64,000 nucleotides of DNA from an uncultured cyanobacterium. Its GTDB lineage: Bacteria > Cyanobacteriota > Cyanobacteriia > Cyanobacteriales > Microcystaceae. The stretch covers positions 64,001 to 128,000 of the forward strand of contig CAWEDJ010000067.1 of the NCBI GenBank assembly GCA_963807635.1, given 5' to 3'. A program made the position numbers and the translations under genes. The notes beneath the pieces are model-generated. The model was given only the letters and a program-made list of their open reading frames with translations. It ran no database searches and had not been told where the DNA came from. Below, in pieces: positions 54,335 to 64,000 of the stretch. How positions within the stretch are numbered: the stretch's first letter is position 1; each line of letters begins with the position of its first letter.

Positions 54335-56402
54335 CTACTTCCAATCATCCCAGGTTTCATTAAAAATAGAAGTATTGGGAAAAGTTGTGGGATTATCATT
54401 ATCATTTAATAATAATTGTAATTCCTGTAATTTTTTCTGCTGTACTAATGGTTCTTGCACTAACTGAAACGGCATGATTTTTTGATCCAATGCAAAAGCC
54501 GCCACTGTTCCCGCCGCCGCCCCCGATGACCACTCATAGGAATGCACACGATAGGCCGCTGAGGCAATATGACTCACCGCGATCGCCTTTCCTGCGACGA
54601 GTAAATTATCAATTTTCTGGGGAATCATGGCCCGCAAGGGAATCTGAAAAGGATAGGTCTGCGCTCCTCCCTGACGTTCGCCCTCTTTTTCTGTGTTACC
54701 TGGCGTTTCGGGGGGTGAAAGCGTCATACAGGGATGAAAATCGATCGCGTAATGGCCAATTCCCACTGAATCGGCATAAATCGTTGAACGTTTGCGACGT
54801 TGGATAGCATCGGGAGCAACTTTCCCACTCAGCACATCTAAGCCCTCTAAACCCGCTAAGGTTGCCTGTAATTGACGATAGGTTTCAGGAGAAAGAGCTT
54901 GGCGGTAATACTCGTCTTGATAATTGCGTCGAGAAATATCAATTTCCGAAATTGTGAACCCATCGGGGTAATAAAAGGACGGACGGCCAATGATGCGGCG
55001 AGATTCTCGAATATAGGGATATTTCGATAATCCATGTACGGTTCCCATCGGTGAATCTAAACCCGACAGAAAACGGTTATTGGGATCGGGCTTTTTCACA
55101 TCTGGCCCTAGCTGGGAATCCGTTGTACCTGCAACAAACCAATAATAAAAACCGAGGGAATGTTCTTCTGCTTTTTTCAGAGCATCAGTTCGTAACCCCC
55201 CTAACCATCCCCTAGGTTGGAGTTGACCCGTTGCCTTGAGTTGATCTTCCGTGTAGATAAAATTATCCTTGGCGGTGCCTGGTCGATAATCATTACCCCA
55301 TGTCCAATTTTGCATAGAAATATTACCAGGACTGGGTTTATGATAGCGAATTCCGCCATAGGTTAGAGTTTCTCCCTGTTGGGGACTCCAAATTTGACGA
55401 TAGGTAAACAGTAAATCGGGATTAGCAAAACGGGGTAGTTCGTAACTATAGTAGGGTTCATACTGGGGATAAAAAGGCGGCATGGTTTGGGGCTGAGGTT
55501 CCGCCGTTTTTTCCATGGCAAAGGTATAGGTAAACCCTTGGGTGCAGTAGGGATCGGGGACTTTACTCGATGCAGAGGGTTCGAGATAGGATTGGGGATC
55601 AATGCCGACTCGGTAGGGGACATCGGCTAGGGCAATTAATTCTCCTGTTTCTGTGGCTTCGATGATATACCAGGGAGCGGGTTCCGTCGTTCGACTAGGT
55701 TTGGGGACAAACTGAATAATAGTTTTGTTAAAAAGGGCTGAATTTTCGTAACGATAACTATCTTCTATGGTTTGAGAAAGGGGATAGGTATTGAGAGGGG
55801 GCGCACCTGGGGCGGGACTGTGTTGAATCGCGATCGCTTTGGTAATTTGTTTTCCTGACCCAATGGGTTTAATTTTTAAATCCTTAATTACCGTATTGGG
55901 AAACCATTTCAGGGTTCCTTGGCCTTTTCTTTCGGCATTTTTTAACTCAGCCATGAGAACAGTATTACCATCGGAAGGCAAAAAACAGGATTCACTGACC
56001 CAACAATCCCCAGGATTACGACTATCATATTCTTGTTGAATGCGTCGCCGAAAATCCAAATAACCACGCGGATAAAAGAGCATTTTTGCCTGGGTGGGTC
56101 GTTCATCCAGGGCAAAGGTTCCCTGGGAAGAAATTTGTCCTCCGACCCAATCGGTAATCTCGGTTAAACAAACGGTTTTTCCTGCCAATAATCCTTCATA
56201 GGCCTGCCGCACTTCCTGCCAAACCAGCCCCCACGATCAGCATTTCACATTCCACTTTTTGATCGGGCGATCGCGGAGAGATCTGCTCCGTAGTGCGCTT
56301 AGTCTCTGCCAGCACAAAAACAGACATTTCCTGCCAAAACATCAGGGACAGGGGAATAATTGCCAGGAGATTGAGCCGAGATTTTGCTTGCTTGTGACCC
56401 AT
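54335..56402 (-). CDS. FAD-dependent oxidoreductase, split by a 1-nt insertion near 56203
   Basis: IVGAGLAGSAA|AYEGLLAG..GGQISSQG..RESRRI..FQIPLRAMIP. Confidence 0.88.
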
Positions 56403-56412
56403 GATAAAAAAA

Positions 56413-56877
56413 TTAGTAGAGATAAACTTTGCCTGTATCTTGCAGATTAATGCTTCTGTGACCCATAAAACCTCGATCAGCTTTGACAATATTGACGTTA
56501 ATCGTATTGGTTTTGGGATCGACCTTGACTTCAAACTTTAAAACAAACGGCTTGTCTGGATCGAGACTTATACTGGGATAAATTGCGATATTAGCTGAAT
56601 CATCTACATCTTCTAAGGTTCCCGTTTGTCCTGCTTCAATTTTTTGGGAGGGTTGTTCCTCACTTCCTGCCAGACCATATTCTAGGGGGATTTGGGTTTG
56701 ATTGACTAATTTAACCGTTATTTTTTTATCCGCATCGAACTCTGCAACGGGTTGCCAAAATCCAGATTTGTAGGTTGTGGCAGGAGGATCTTGAGCTAAA
56801 ACACTCGAAAATGGGGGTGCAATGAAAAGGCTGGAGAGTAAACACAAAGCGGAGGTCGTAACGAGATTAAGTTTCAT
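56413..56877 (-). CDS. Hypothetical secreted protein
   Basis: Signal peptide; GFWQPVA; beta-rich. Confidence 0.8.
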   Translation of the reverse strand: MKLNLVTTSALCLLSSLFIAPPFSSVLAQDPPATTYKSGFWQPVAEFDADKKITVKLVNQTQIPLEYGLAGSEEQPSQKIEAGQTGTLEDVDDSANIAIYPSISLDPDKPFVLKFEVKVDPKTNTINVNIVKADRGFMGHRSINLQDTGKVYLY

Positions 56878-57143
56878 AGAAAAACTAAATTGAGCAAAAA
56901 AGATATTTTGTCCAGATTATCCTAAGTTTGAGTCGATTGACTATTTTACCGAGAGAAACTGCCAGCCCTGACTTTTTGGAGTCGCGATCGCTTTTCTTGG
57001 AAAAATCAATATATTAATATAAGTTAACGAAAGATTCCTTGCAGTATTGAAATTATTTTGATACAATTCTTTTCAAAAGTTTCAAGCATAAAAAAACGCT
57101 TGATTTGTTCGGAAAACTCAAAAAATACCTCTTGGAGATCAAT

Positions 57144-57467
57144 ATGGCAGATTCCGATTTTTCTAAAGACCAAATTATTGACAATATTGTTTCTCAAGAT
57201 ATTCTTGAAGACATTCATCGAAAACTAAGGGCTGTAATTTCAGAAAAACCCTTTGATCAAACGACCCCAGAAGAACTGATGGAAAAAATGACTGCTGTTA
57301 TTCAAAGCAATCCCCTGACGAAAGGACGGGATTTCCAAATCGACGACTCTCTTTTGGGGAAGCTAAACTTTGGTATTACCAGTTCAGAAATTGACAATCC
57401 AGTATTAGTTGCATTTCAGACAAAAAGATGTTTTTGTAGTGGTCAATGGAAATCATGTCCTTGTTAA
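57144..57467 (+). CDS. 107-aa protein with Cys-rich C-terminal tail
   Basis: GGAG RBS before ATG 57144; ends KRCFCSGQWKSCPC*; 35 bp before TpsA-like gene. Confidence 0.75.
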   Translation: MADSDFSKDQIIDNIVSQDILEDIHRKLRAVISEKPFDQTTPEELMEKMTAVIQSNPLTKGRDFQIDDSLLGKLNFGITSSEIDNPVLVAFQTKRCFCSGQWKSCPC

Positions 57468-57502
57468 ATTTTATTTCAAATTAATTCTTGGTAATTCAAT
57501 AA

Positions 57503-60001
57503 ATGTCTCTCAATTTCTACCGTTTTCGCGTAATAGATAAGTTATTATATTGGGGAATTTTTGCAATAATTACCATGCCTTCCCTAGTTTCTGCCCAAAT
57601 ACGCACAGATGAAACCCTGGGGGCTGAAAATTCAATTGTTACACCGAATATCGAAATTAATGGTATTCTCAGCGATCGCATTGATGGGGGGGCAATCAGA
57701 GGCAGCAATCTATTTCATAGCTTTTCAGACCTCAATGTAGCAGAAGGGCATGGCGTTTACTTTAGCAATCCAGCAGGAATTAGCAATATTATTAGCCGAG
57801 TTACGGGCGGTAATTCATCATCAATTCTGGGAAAACTGGGTGCATTAGGTCATGCCAATTTGTTTTTGATTAATCCCAATGGAATTATCTTTGGGCCTCA
57901 AGCTTCTCTCGATTTAGGAGGTTCCTTTGTCGCGACTACTGCTAATGCGATTGAGTTTAATGGTCAAGGGCTATTTAGTGCTTCAGAGCCTAATATTCCT
58001 CCCTTGTTAACCGTTAACCCTTCTGCGTTCATTTTTAATCGACTGCGGCCTAGTCCTATCAGTTTAAATTCTTCTCAGGAACCTGTGGGAGTCCGTTACG
58101 ATGAGATTTATCAGGAAACAACTGTTTTTGGCTTACAAGTTCCGAATGGCAAAAGTTTAATGCTCTTGGGTGGTGATGTGAACCTAAATAATAGCCAGAT
58201 AAATGCGTTGGATGGAGGGCGCGTAGATTTAGGAGGAGTTGCAGAAGCGGGAATAGTAGGTTTAAGCATCAATGGAAACTCATTCAGTCTTAATTTTCCT
58301 AGTAATTTAGCCTTAGCAGATGTCTCTCTTGCCCAAGGAAGTCGAGTTTATACGACTGGCGATCGCGGAGGTAGTATTCAGTTAACAGGCAATAATATTA
58401 GGATGATTGATGGATCAAGTTTAGCGGCTGAAACCTTTGGAGAACAATCAGGGGAAAATATCACCATTATAGCAAGAGACACCCTAGAAGTTTCTGAAAA
58501 TCCTGCCAATGGTGTCTACAACCCCAGCATATCGACCGTTACCTACGGAAATGGAGATGGTGGCGATATTTTCATAGATACTAAAAAGTTGGTTGTTAGA
58601 AATGGGGCGCAAGTGTCCAATACCAGTGTAGGTGGAGGTAATGGAGGTCAACTCGTTATTCATGCCTTAGACTCTGTTGAATTAAGAGGGACAGATACTG
58701 ATGGCGGTTTTAGCGGACTAACTGGCGGGGCTGTTCTAGCAGGAAAAGGCGGGAATATTATTATTACCACTAAAAATTTGACGATACAGGACGGGGCAAT
58801 CATTACCGTTGAATCGCTAGGAGACGAAAATAGTAATAATATCAGTGATTCTGTTGCGACAGGAGATAGTGGAAATATTACGATTAATGCGTCTAATTCC
58901 TTTTTAGTTAGTGGTACTGACACTGGCATCGCTTCTAGTACTTCTGGTGTGGGCAATGCGGGCAATATTACGATTAATACGGGACTATTAACCATTCAAA
59001 AGGGTGGAGTCATCACCGTTAGCTCTAATAAAAATGGAACAGGAAAAGCGGGAAATCTCATTATTAATGCTACCCAAGCTGTTAATTTAATGGGGGCTGA
59101 TAGTATGTTGTCTGCGACTGGAGATGGACTCAGACCCGCAGGAAGTTTGACCATAAAAACGGGAAATCTTAATGTCTCTGATGGCGCACAAGTGACTGTT
59201 AACAATACAAAAGGAGAAGCAGGAAATTTAACGATTGATGCGAATAACTTGTTCCTCGATCGCGGATTTCTGACGGCTGAAACGGCTGAAACTGAGGTTA
59301 ATGGAGCCAATATTAATCTGTCATTATCCAATTTACTGAAAATGCAGAATGAAAGCCTAATTTCTGCTCAGGCAACGGGGGGAGCCAATGGCGGTAATGT
59401 GACTATTAATAGTGCTTTATTAGCGGTGCTTCGTCCCACAGGCCCCAATGGCAGTGATATTATTGCCAAGGCAGAAGCGGGGAGTGGGGGAAATATTTTA
59501 ATTAATTCCCAGGGAATTTTTGGGACTACGGAAGGAAAAGCGATCGCCAGAAATCGAACTAATGATATTGATGCTAGTTCTGAGTTTGGCGCACCAGGAA
59601 GAGTTTTAATTAATAACACCATTGACCCCAATCAAGGAACCGTGACTTTGCCTGAAGATGTGGTCGATCCCAATACCCTGGTGGCGCAAAATGCCTGTAA
59701 ACGGGGAACAGCGAGTCAATTAACCCAAACAGGTCGGGGAGGTTTACCGCCAACGATTTCTGAAAATCTCAATAGTCAGGCGATCGCAGTGGGGCTAGTT
59801 GATCCTGCACCCAGTTCGGTGAGTCAAGCAGAAAATCAGGCGATCGCGTCTGAGAATTTACCTCTTGCCCAAAATCAAATCGCGCCTGCCCAGGGTTGGA
59901 TTTTTAATCAGAAGGGAGAAGTGATGTTGGTAGCCTATGATCCGACGGTGACGGGTTCTCAACGAGTGAAAGTGAATCCATTGGGGTGTGTTGTGCCATA
60001 A
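57503..60001 (+). CDS. Filamentous haemagglutinin N-terminal (TpsA-like) exoprotein
   Basis: NLFHSF..NIISRVTGG..FLINPNGIIFG; beta-helix repeats; TGRGGLP; PAQGW. Confidence 0.92.
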   Translation: MSLNFYRFRVIDKLLYWGIFAIITMPSLVSAQIRTDETLGAENSIVTPNIEINGILSDRIDGGAIRGSNLFHSFSDLNVAEGHGVYFSNPAGISNIISRVTGGNSSSILGKLGALGHANLFLINPNGIIFGPQASLDLGGSFVATTANAIEFNGQGLFSASEPNIPPLLTVNPSAFIFNRLRPSPISLNSSQEPVGVRYDEIYQETTVFGLQVPNGKSLMLLGGDVNLNNSQINALDGGRVDLGGVAEAGIVGLSINGNSFSLNFPSNLALADVSLAQGSRVYTTGDRGGSIQLTGNNIRMIDGSSLAAETFGEQSGENITIIARDTLEVSENPANGVYNPSISTVTYGNGDGGDIFIDTKKLVVRNGAQVSNTSVGGGNGGQLVIHALDSVELRGTDTDGGFSGLTGGAVLAGKGGNIIITTKNLTIQDGAIITVESLGDENSNNISDSVATGDSGNITINASNSFLVSGTDTGIASSTSGVGNAGNITINTGLLTIQKGGVITVSSNKNGTGKAGNLIINATQAVNLMGADSMLSATGDGLRPAGSLTIKTGNLNVSDGAQVTVNNTKGEAGNLTIDANNLFLDRGFLTAETAETEVNGANINLSLSNLLKMQNESLISAQATGGANGGNVTINSALLAVLRPTGPNGSDIIAKAEAGSGGNILINSQGIFGTTEGKAIARNRTNDIDASSEFGAPGRVLINNTIDPNQGTVTLPEDVVDPNTLVAQNACKRGTASQLTQTGRGGLPPTISENLNSQAIAVGLVDPAPSSVSQAENQAIASENLPLAQNQIAPAQGWIFNQKGEVMLVAYDPTVTGSQRVKVNPLGCVVP

Positions 60002-60083
60002 AACTTCTAAAATGACCAATATGACCTATTCTGAGTTTATGGGTTATCCTTTTTGATAGGCATTTGAAAGATTTAATCGATTA

Positions 60084-60175
60084 TGGCGGTCTTCAGTCGT
60101 ATGAATTACAGGCAAGGGGCTTAAGCCCCTTGTTAATCTAGATTTGCCCATACTTCACTTGTATGAATACAGCGA
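60084..60175. mobile_element. Degenerate TA-flanked MITE-like element with internal 20-bp palindrome
   Basis: Imperfect inverted ends; perfect palindrome CAAGGGGCTTAAGCCCCTTG at 60113-60132. Confidence 0.5.
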
Positions 60176-60234
60176 TAAAATCCTACGGTGAGTTTTAAAA
60201 AAGCAACATTTTAAAAATTTTAAGGAATACAAAA

Positions 60235-63169
60235 ATGCAGAAATTTTTGGCTTGGTTTAAAAGATTTTCAGGCAAAATTTTATCTAATTTTTCTTTAAAA
60301 AGATCTGGTTTTTTATTTTGCTTTTTGTTTTCTCTTTTTTCTTCCCCTATTAATTAGTCAAGTTTCCCTGTCAACGCCAATCGCATCAATCCAAGACATT
60401 AACCCTGGATCGACAACGGAATTAGTAAATCAGGCAAAAAATCTTTACCAAAATCAAAAATTTGAGCAGGCGGCAAACCTTTGGCAAAAAACAGCCCAGA
60501 TCTTTGCCACCCAAGGCGATCGCGTGAATCAGTCAATGGCTCTGAGTAATTTAGCGTTAACTCAACAACAACTGGGTCAATGGGAAGCGAGTAATCAGGC
60601 GATCGCTGAAAGTTTAAATTTATTAAAAAATTCACCCCAAACTCCTGATCAACAACGGATTTTTGCCGCAACTTTAGATATTCAAGCTCAGGGAGAACTG
60701 GCAACGGGAGCAACCGAGTCGGCAGTTAAAACGTGGCAACAGGCGATCGAACTTAATCAGGAAATGTCTAATCCTGTTGGAGTAATGCAGAGCCAAATTA
60801 ATCAATCCCAAGCTTGGCAAGATTTGGGGCAATCTCCCAGGGCTTGTCAGGTTTTATTGGATGCCCTAGAAATTCCTAATACCGATTGTCAAATTTCCGA
60901 AAATCAACTGCAAAATTTGCCTAATACACCTTCGCTCAATTTACAGGCGATCGCCCTCCGCAGTCTGGGGAATGTGTTACGCATTAACGGGAAAACAGAA
61001 GAATCCCAACAAGTTTTACTCAAAAGTCTTAAAATCCAAGAAAAAATAGGAAACCCTCAAGAAATCGGGAAAATTTATCTTAGTTTAGGAAATACGGCCC
61101 GCGCCTGGGGAAATAAAAATAATTTTAATAAAGTAAATAAAAAAGCAAATGAAGAGAGTAAAACGGTTTCTTGTACTACTGAAATAACGTCAGAAAAAAA
61201 CTTTCCTTTTTATCAACAGGCCGCCATTTGTTATCAGCAAGCCGCCGCAATGGGTTCCAAACTTGATGCTGTTCAGGCTCAAATTAATTTACTCGATCTG
61301 TGGAATCAGACTCAGAACTGGGCAAAAATTCCTCCCCTCGTTGCTGAGATTCAAACCGATCTAGATTCATTAGCTCTTAGCCGAAACGCCCTTAACTCCC
61401 GCCTCAAATTTGCTCAAAATCTGATCTGTTTACGATTTATCGGCACTATGCCCTCTCTGCAAGCAAAAGATTTGGCTTTTGTCTCTCCTGTTGTTCAACA
61501 ATGCCCTGCTTTTTCGAGCAATTTACAAACGGATACAATATTAGAATCCGAACCGTTCCAAATTCCGCCTCTTTCTCGCAATCTTCCCATTGTTGATTCA
61601 TCTTCCCTATCCTTAGCTAAGATTCCTTCTTGGGATGAAATTAATCAATCTCTGACTCTCGCTCTCCAACAATCCCAAACTTTAGGAGACAAACGTAACC
61701 AATCTAATGCCCTGGGTTATCTCGGTGCGATCGCCCAACTTCAGGGCAATATGCAGAGCGCAGAACAATTGACAAAACAAGCCTTACAATCCGTTTCTGC
61801 CTATAGTTTTCCCGATATTACCTATCGTTGGCAGTGGCAATTAGGGCGACTTTATCAAAGCCAGGGTAAATCCCAAGAGGCGATCGCGGCCTATAGTCTC
61901 GCTTATCAAACTCTCCAATCCCTACGACAGGATTTAGTCGCGACCAACCCCGATATTCAATATACGTTCCGTGACAGTGTGGAACCCGTTTATCGTGAAT
62001 TTGTGGACTTGTTACTGCAAAAAGATAATCCCGATCAAACAACCCTCAAAAAAGCCCGTGATATTATTGAATCTCTCCAATTAGCGGAACTGAATAACTT
62101 TTTTCGTGAAGCCTGTTTGGAAACCACGCCCCAACAGGTTGACCAAATTGATCCCCAAGCCGCCGTTATCTATGGCATTGTTTTACGCGATCGCCTAGCG
62201 GTCATTTTATCCTTACCCAACCAGCCGCTAGAGTATTATGCAACAAATCAAGCTCTAACCAGAGAGCAAGGCGGCCAGGTAATAGTTGAGCAGACCGTTG
62301 ATAACTTATTTGCGACTTTAACTCCCTATGTCGCGAGTATTGACCCCTTAAAACCGAATCAAACGCTTTATGATTGGTTAATTCGTCCCGCAGAAGCAAA
62401 ATTAACTAAAAATGGGATTAAAATGCTAGTTTTTGTTTTGGATGGGGCATTGCGCGGAATTCCTGTGGCCGCTCTCCATGATGGTCAGCAATACCTCATT
62501 GAAAAATATAATCTTGCCCTCACGCCAGGATTGCAACTGTTTAGCTCCCAGACCGTTGCATCGACTAACTTGAATGTCTTAGTCGGTGGATTAACAGAGT
62601 CCCGTCAAGGTTTTGCGGCTCTTCCAGGAGTGAGACAAGAAGTTGAGCAGATTGCTAATTCCTTTTCAGCCGAGGTGTTATTAGACAGTAATTTCACTCG
62701 CGATCGCCTAGAAAACCAAGTTCAGACTCAAAATTTCCCGATTGTTCATTTAGCCACTCACGGACAATTTTCTTCCCAGGCAGACGAAACCTTTTTGATC
62801 ACTTGGGATAAAAAAATTAATGTTAAAAATTTAGACCAATTATTAAAAGAACGGGATAAAATCACCCAAAATCCCATTGAATTACTAATTTTAAGTGCTT
62901 GTCAAACTGCCACAGGGGATAAACGTGCGGCTCTCGGTTTAGCGGGTGTTGCAGTGCGATCGGGGGCGAGGAGTACTTTGGCAACCCTCTGGTCAATTCA
63001 GGATCAATCCACTGCCGATTTCATGACCGAATTTTATCAGGCCATCAATCAGCCCAATGTCTCTAAAGCCCAAGCTCTGCGCCAGGCTCAACTTTCTTTA
63101 TTGCATTCCCCTCAATACCAAAACCCCTACTATTGGGCCCCCTTTGTTCTGGTCGGTAACTGGCTGTAA
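60235..63169 (+). CDS. TPR-CHAT (caspase-like) protease, exported; extra T in poly-T near 60335-60340
   Basis: VHLATHGQF and LILSACQTA dyad; PYYWAPFVLVGNWL; removing one T joins the MQKFLAW.. signal region to the 60524 ORF. Confidence 0.9.
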
Positions 63170-63735
63170 ACCTCTTTCTATAATTCTTCGGTAGGAACTA
63201 TGGGAAATTCTTTTATCAACTTCTAAAACCCTTGCTATATAAGAATTTTAGTTAAAAGCGAAGAATCCTTTTTGTTGATTTTTGTTGATTTTCAATAAAT
63301 TTTATAAAGAATCATACTCTAGTTCTAATCCTGCTTTCTCTCGTATTTTTGATGATATTTCATCGATAAAATTAGAAATATCAAACTTTTTCCTATTGTG
63401 AAATGATTTGGTTTTGAGTTTAATGAGAACAACAACACAAAAGTTATTTTGCAATGACTAGAAGGGTTGGACTGCCTGACATAAAATTTTTGCTTTCCTT
63501 TTCTTATTTTTTATTAAGTTTAATGATCAAGCAAAGATTTTTTTATTGAATTAATAAAACAAATGATCCCCCTTGGGATAGTTGCTGAATCAGGATATTA
63601 ATTAAAACAATTTGAGTTTCTACCGTATTCTTTTTGTTTTTTATCTCTAAAATAAGCAGCCTTCCACATTTTACATTCTACTTTTCCGTTTTTTCATCTT
63701 TTTTTTTCATTTATTTATAGACGAGGATTCGCTCC

Positions 63736-64000
63736 ATGTTTTTTAAATCTTGCCTTACAGTTGTAACTCTTTCTGCCGTGATAACCCCTGTCGTCGTCCT
63801 GGCGGGCGCGCAAGCACCACTCAAAGGATCGGCTACTACTACTTTCGCCATTACTTCTGCCCAATTATCCAGTGCAGTCGATCAAAATCCTGGAGGACTG
63901 ATTAACTTTGAACTACAGGACGGAGTCAATGGTCTCTCTGTTAACAACAATAGCGTTCTGGTGAAAAATCCTGGTAGCTATCTCATTGTGGCCGCTCCCC
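63736..64000 (+). CDS. Secreted protein, N-terminal part (runs off window)
   Basis: GAGG RBS; MFFKSCLTVVTLSAVITPVVVLAG..VKNPGSYLIVAAP open to the end. Confidence 0.7.
   Translation, partial: MFFKSCLTVVTLSAVITPVVVLAGAQAPLKGSATTTFAITSAQLSSAVDQNPGGLINFELQDGVNGLSVNNNSVLVKNPGSYLIVAAP

Noticed and set aside
52252..54335. Retron (msr-msd plus RT)
   Set aside because: No reverse transcriptase and no room for an ncRNA upstream of the ATPase
56196..56534. 112-aa ORF as an independent gene
   Set aside because: Its 3' part is the frameshifted N-terminus of the FAD oxidoreductase (start 56402); the 5' part overlaps another gene

Overview
64 kb of chromosome from a unicellular, Synechocystis-like cyanobacterium. 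The assignment rests on dense HIP1 (GCGATCGC) octamers, light-dependent por and the cyanobacterial atp1-a-c-b'-b-delta-alpha-gamma operon. In order along the window: (1) two FHA-domain signalling genes; (2) a ~10.7 kb co-oriented general-stress cluster (2x CsbD, BON, Dps, PRC-barrel, rhodanese, Fet4-like, IS630-split DUF1345); (3) por, followed by three perfect cyanobacterial-type DnaA boxes near an orphan parA; (4) thrB, two GT4 genes split by YefM-YoeB, and an RNase II/R gene; (5) a toxin-antitoxin/defence hotspot (IS5, RelE pair, DUF4365 protein, HepT-MntA, Uma2, HigBA); (6) putA; (7) a ~933-aa membrane-protein gene hit by both an IS630 and a 127-bp MITE that shares ends with the IS5; (8) surE, pheS, a RelE toxin with an unusually large partner, a Tat-type carbonic anhydrase and the ATP synthase operon; (9) a Septu-like PtuAB pair without reverse transcriptase; (10) a small Cys-tailed protein upstream of TpsA-like and CHAT protease genes. 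Several single-base frameshifts, including one in the essential gamma subunit, suggest residual sequencing indels. The best novelty candidates are the Cys-tailed protein/TpsA/CHAT locus, the DnaA-box cluster, the oversized RelE partner and the IS5-derived MITE. Family names come from motif recognition only; no database searches were run.
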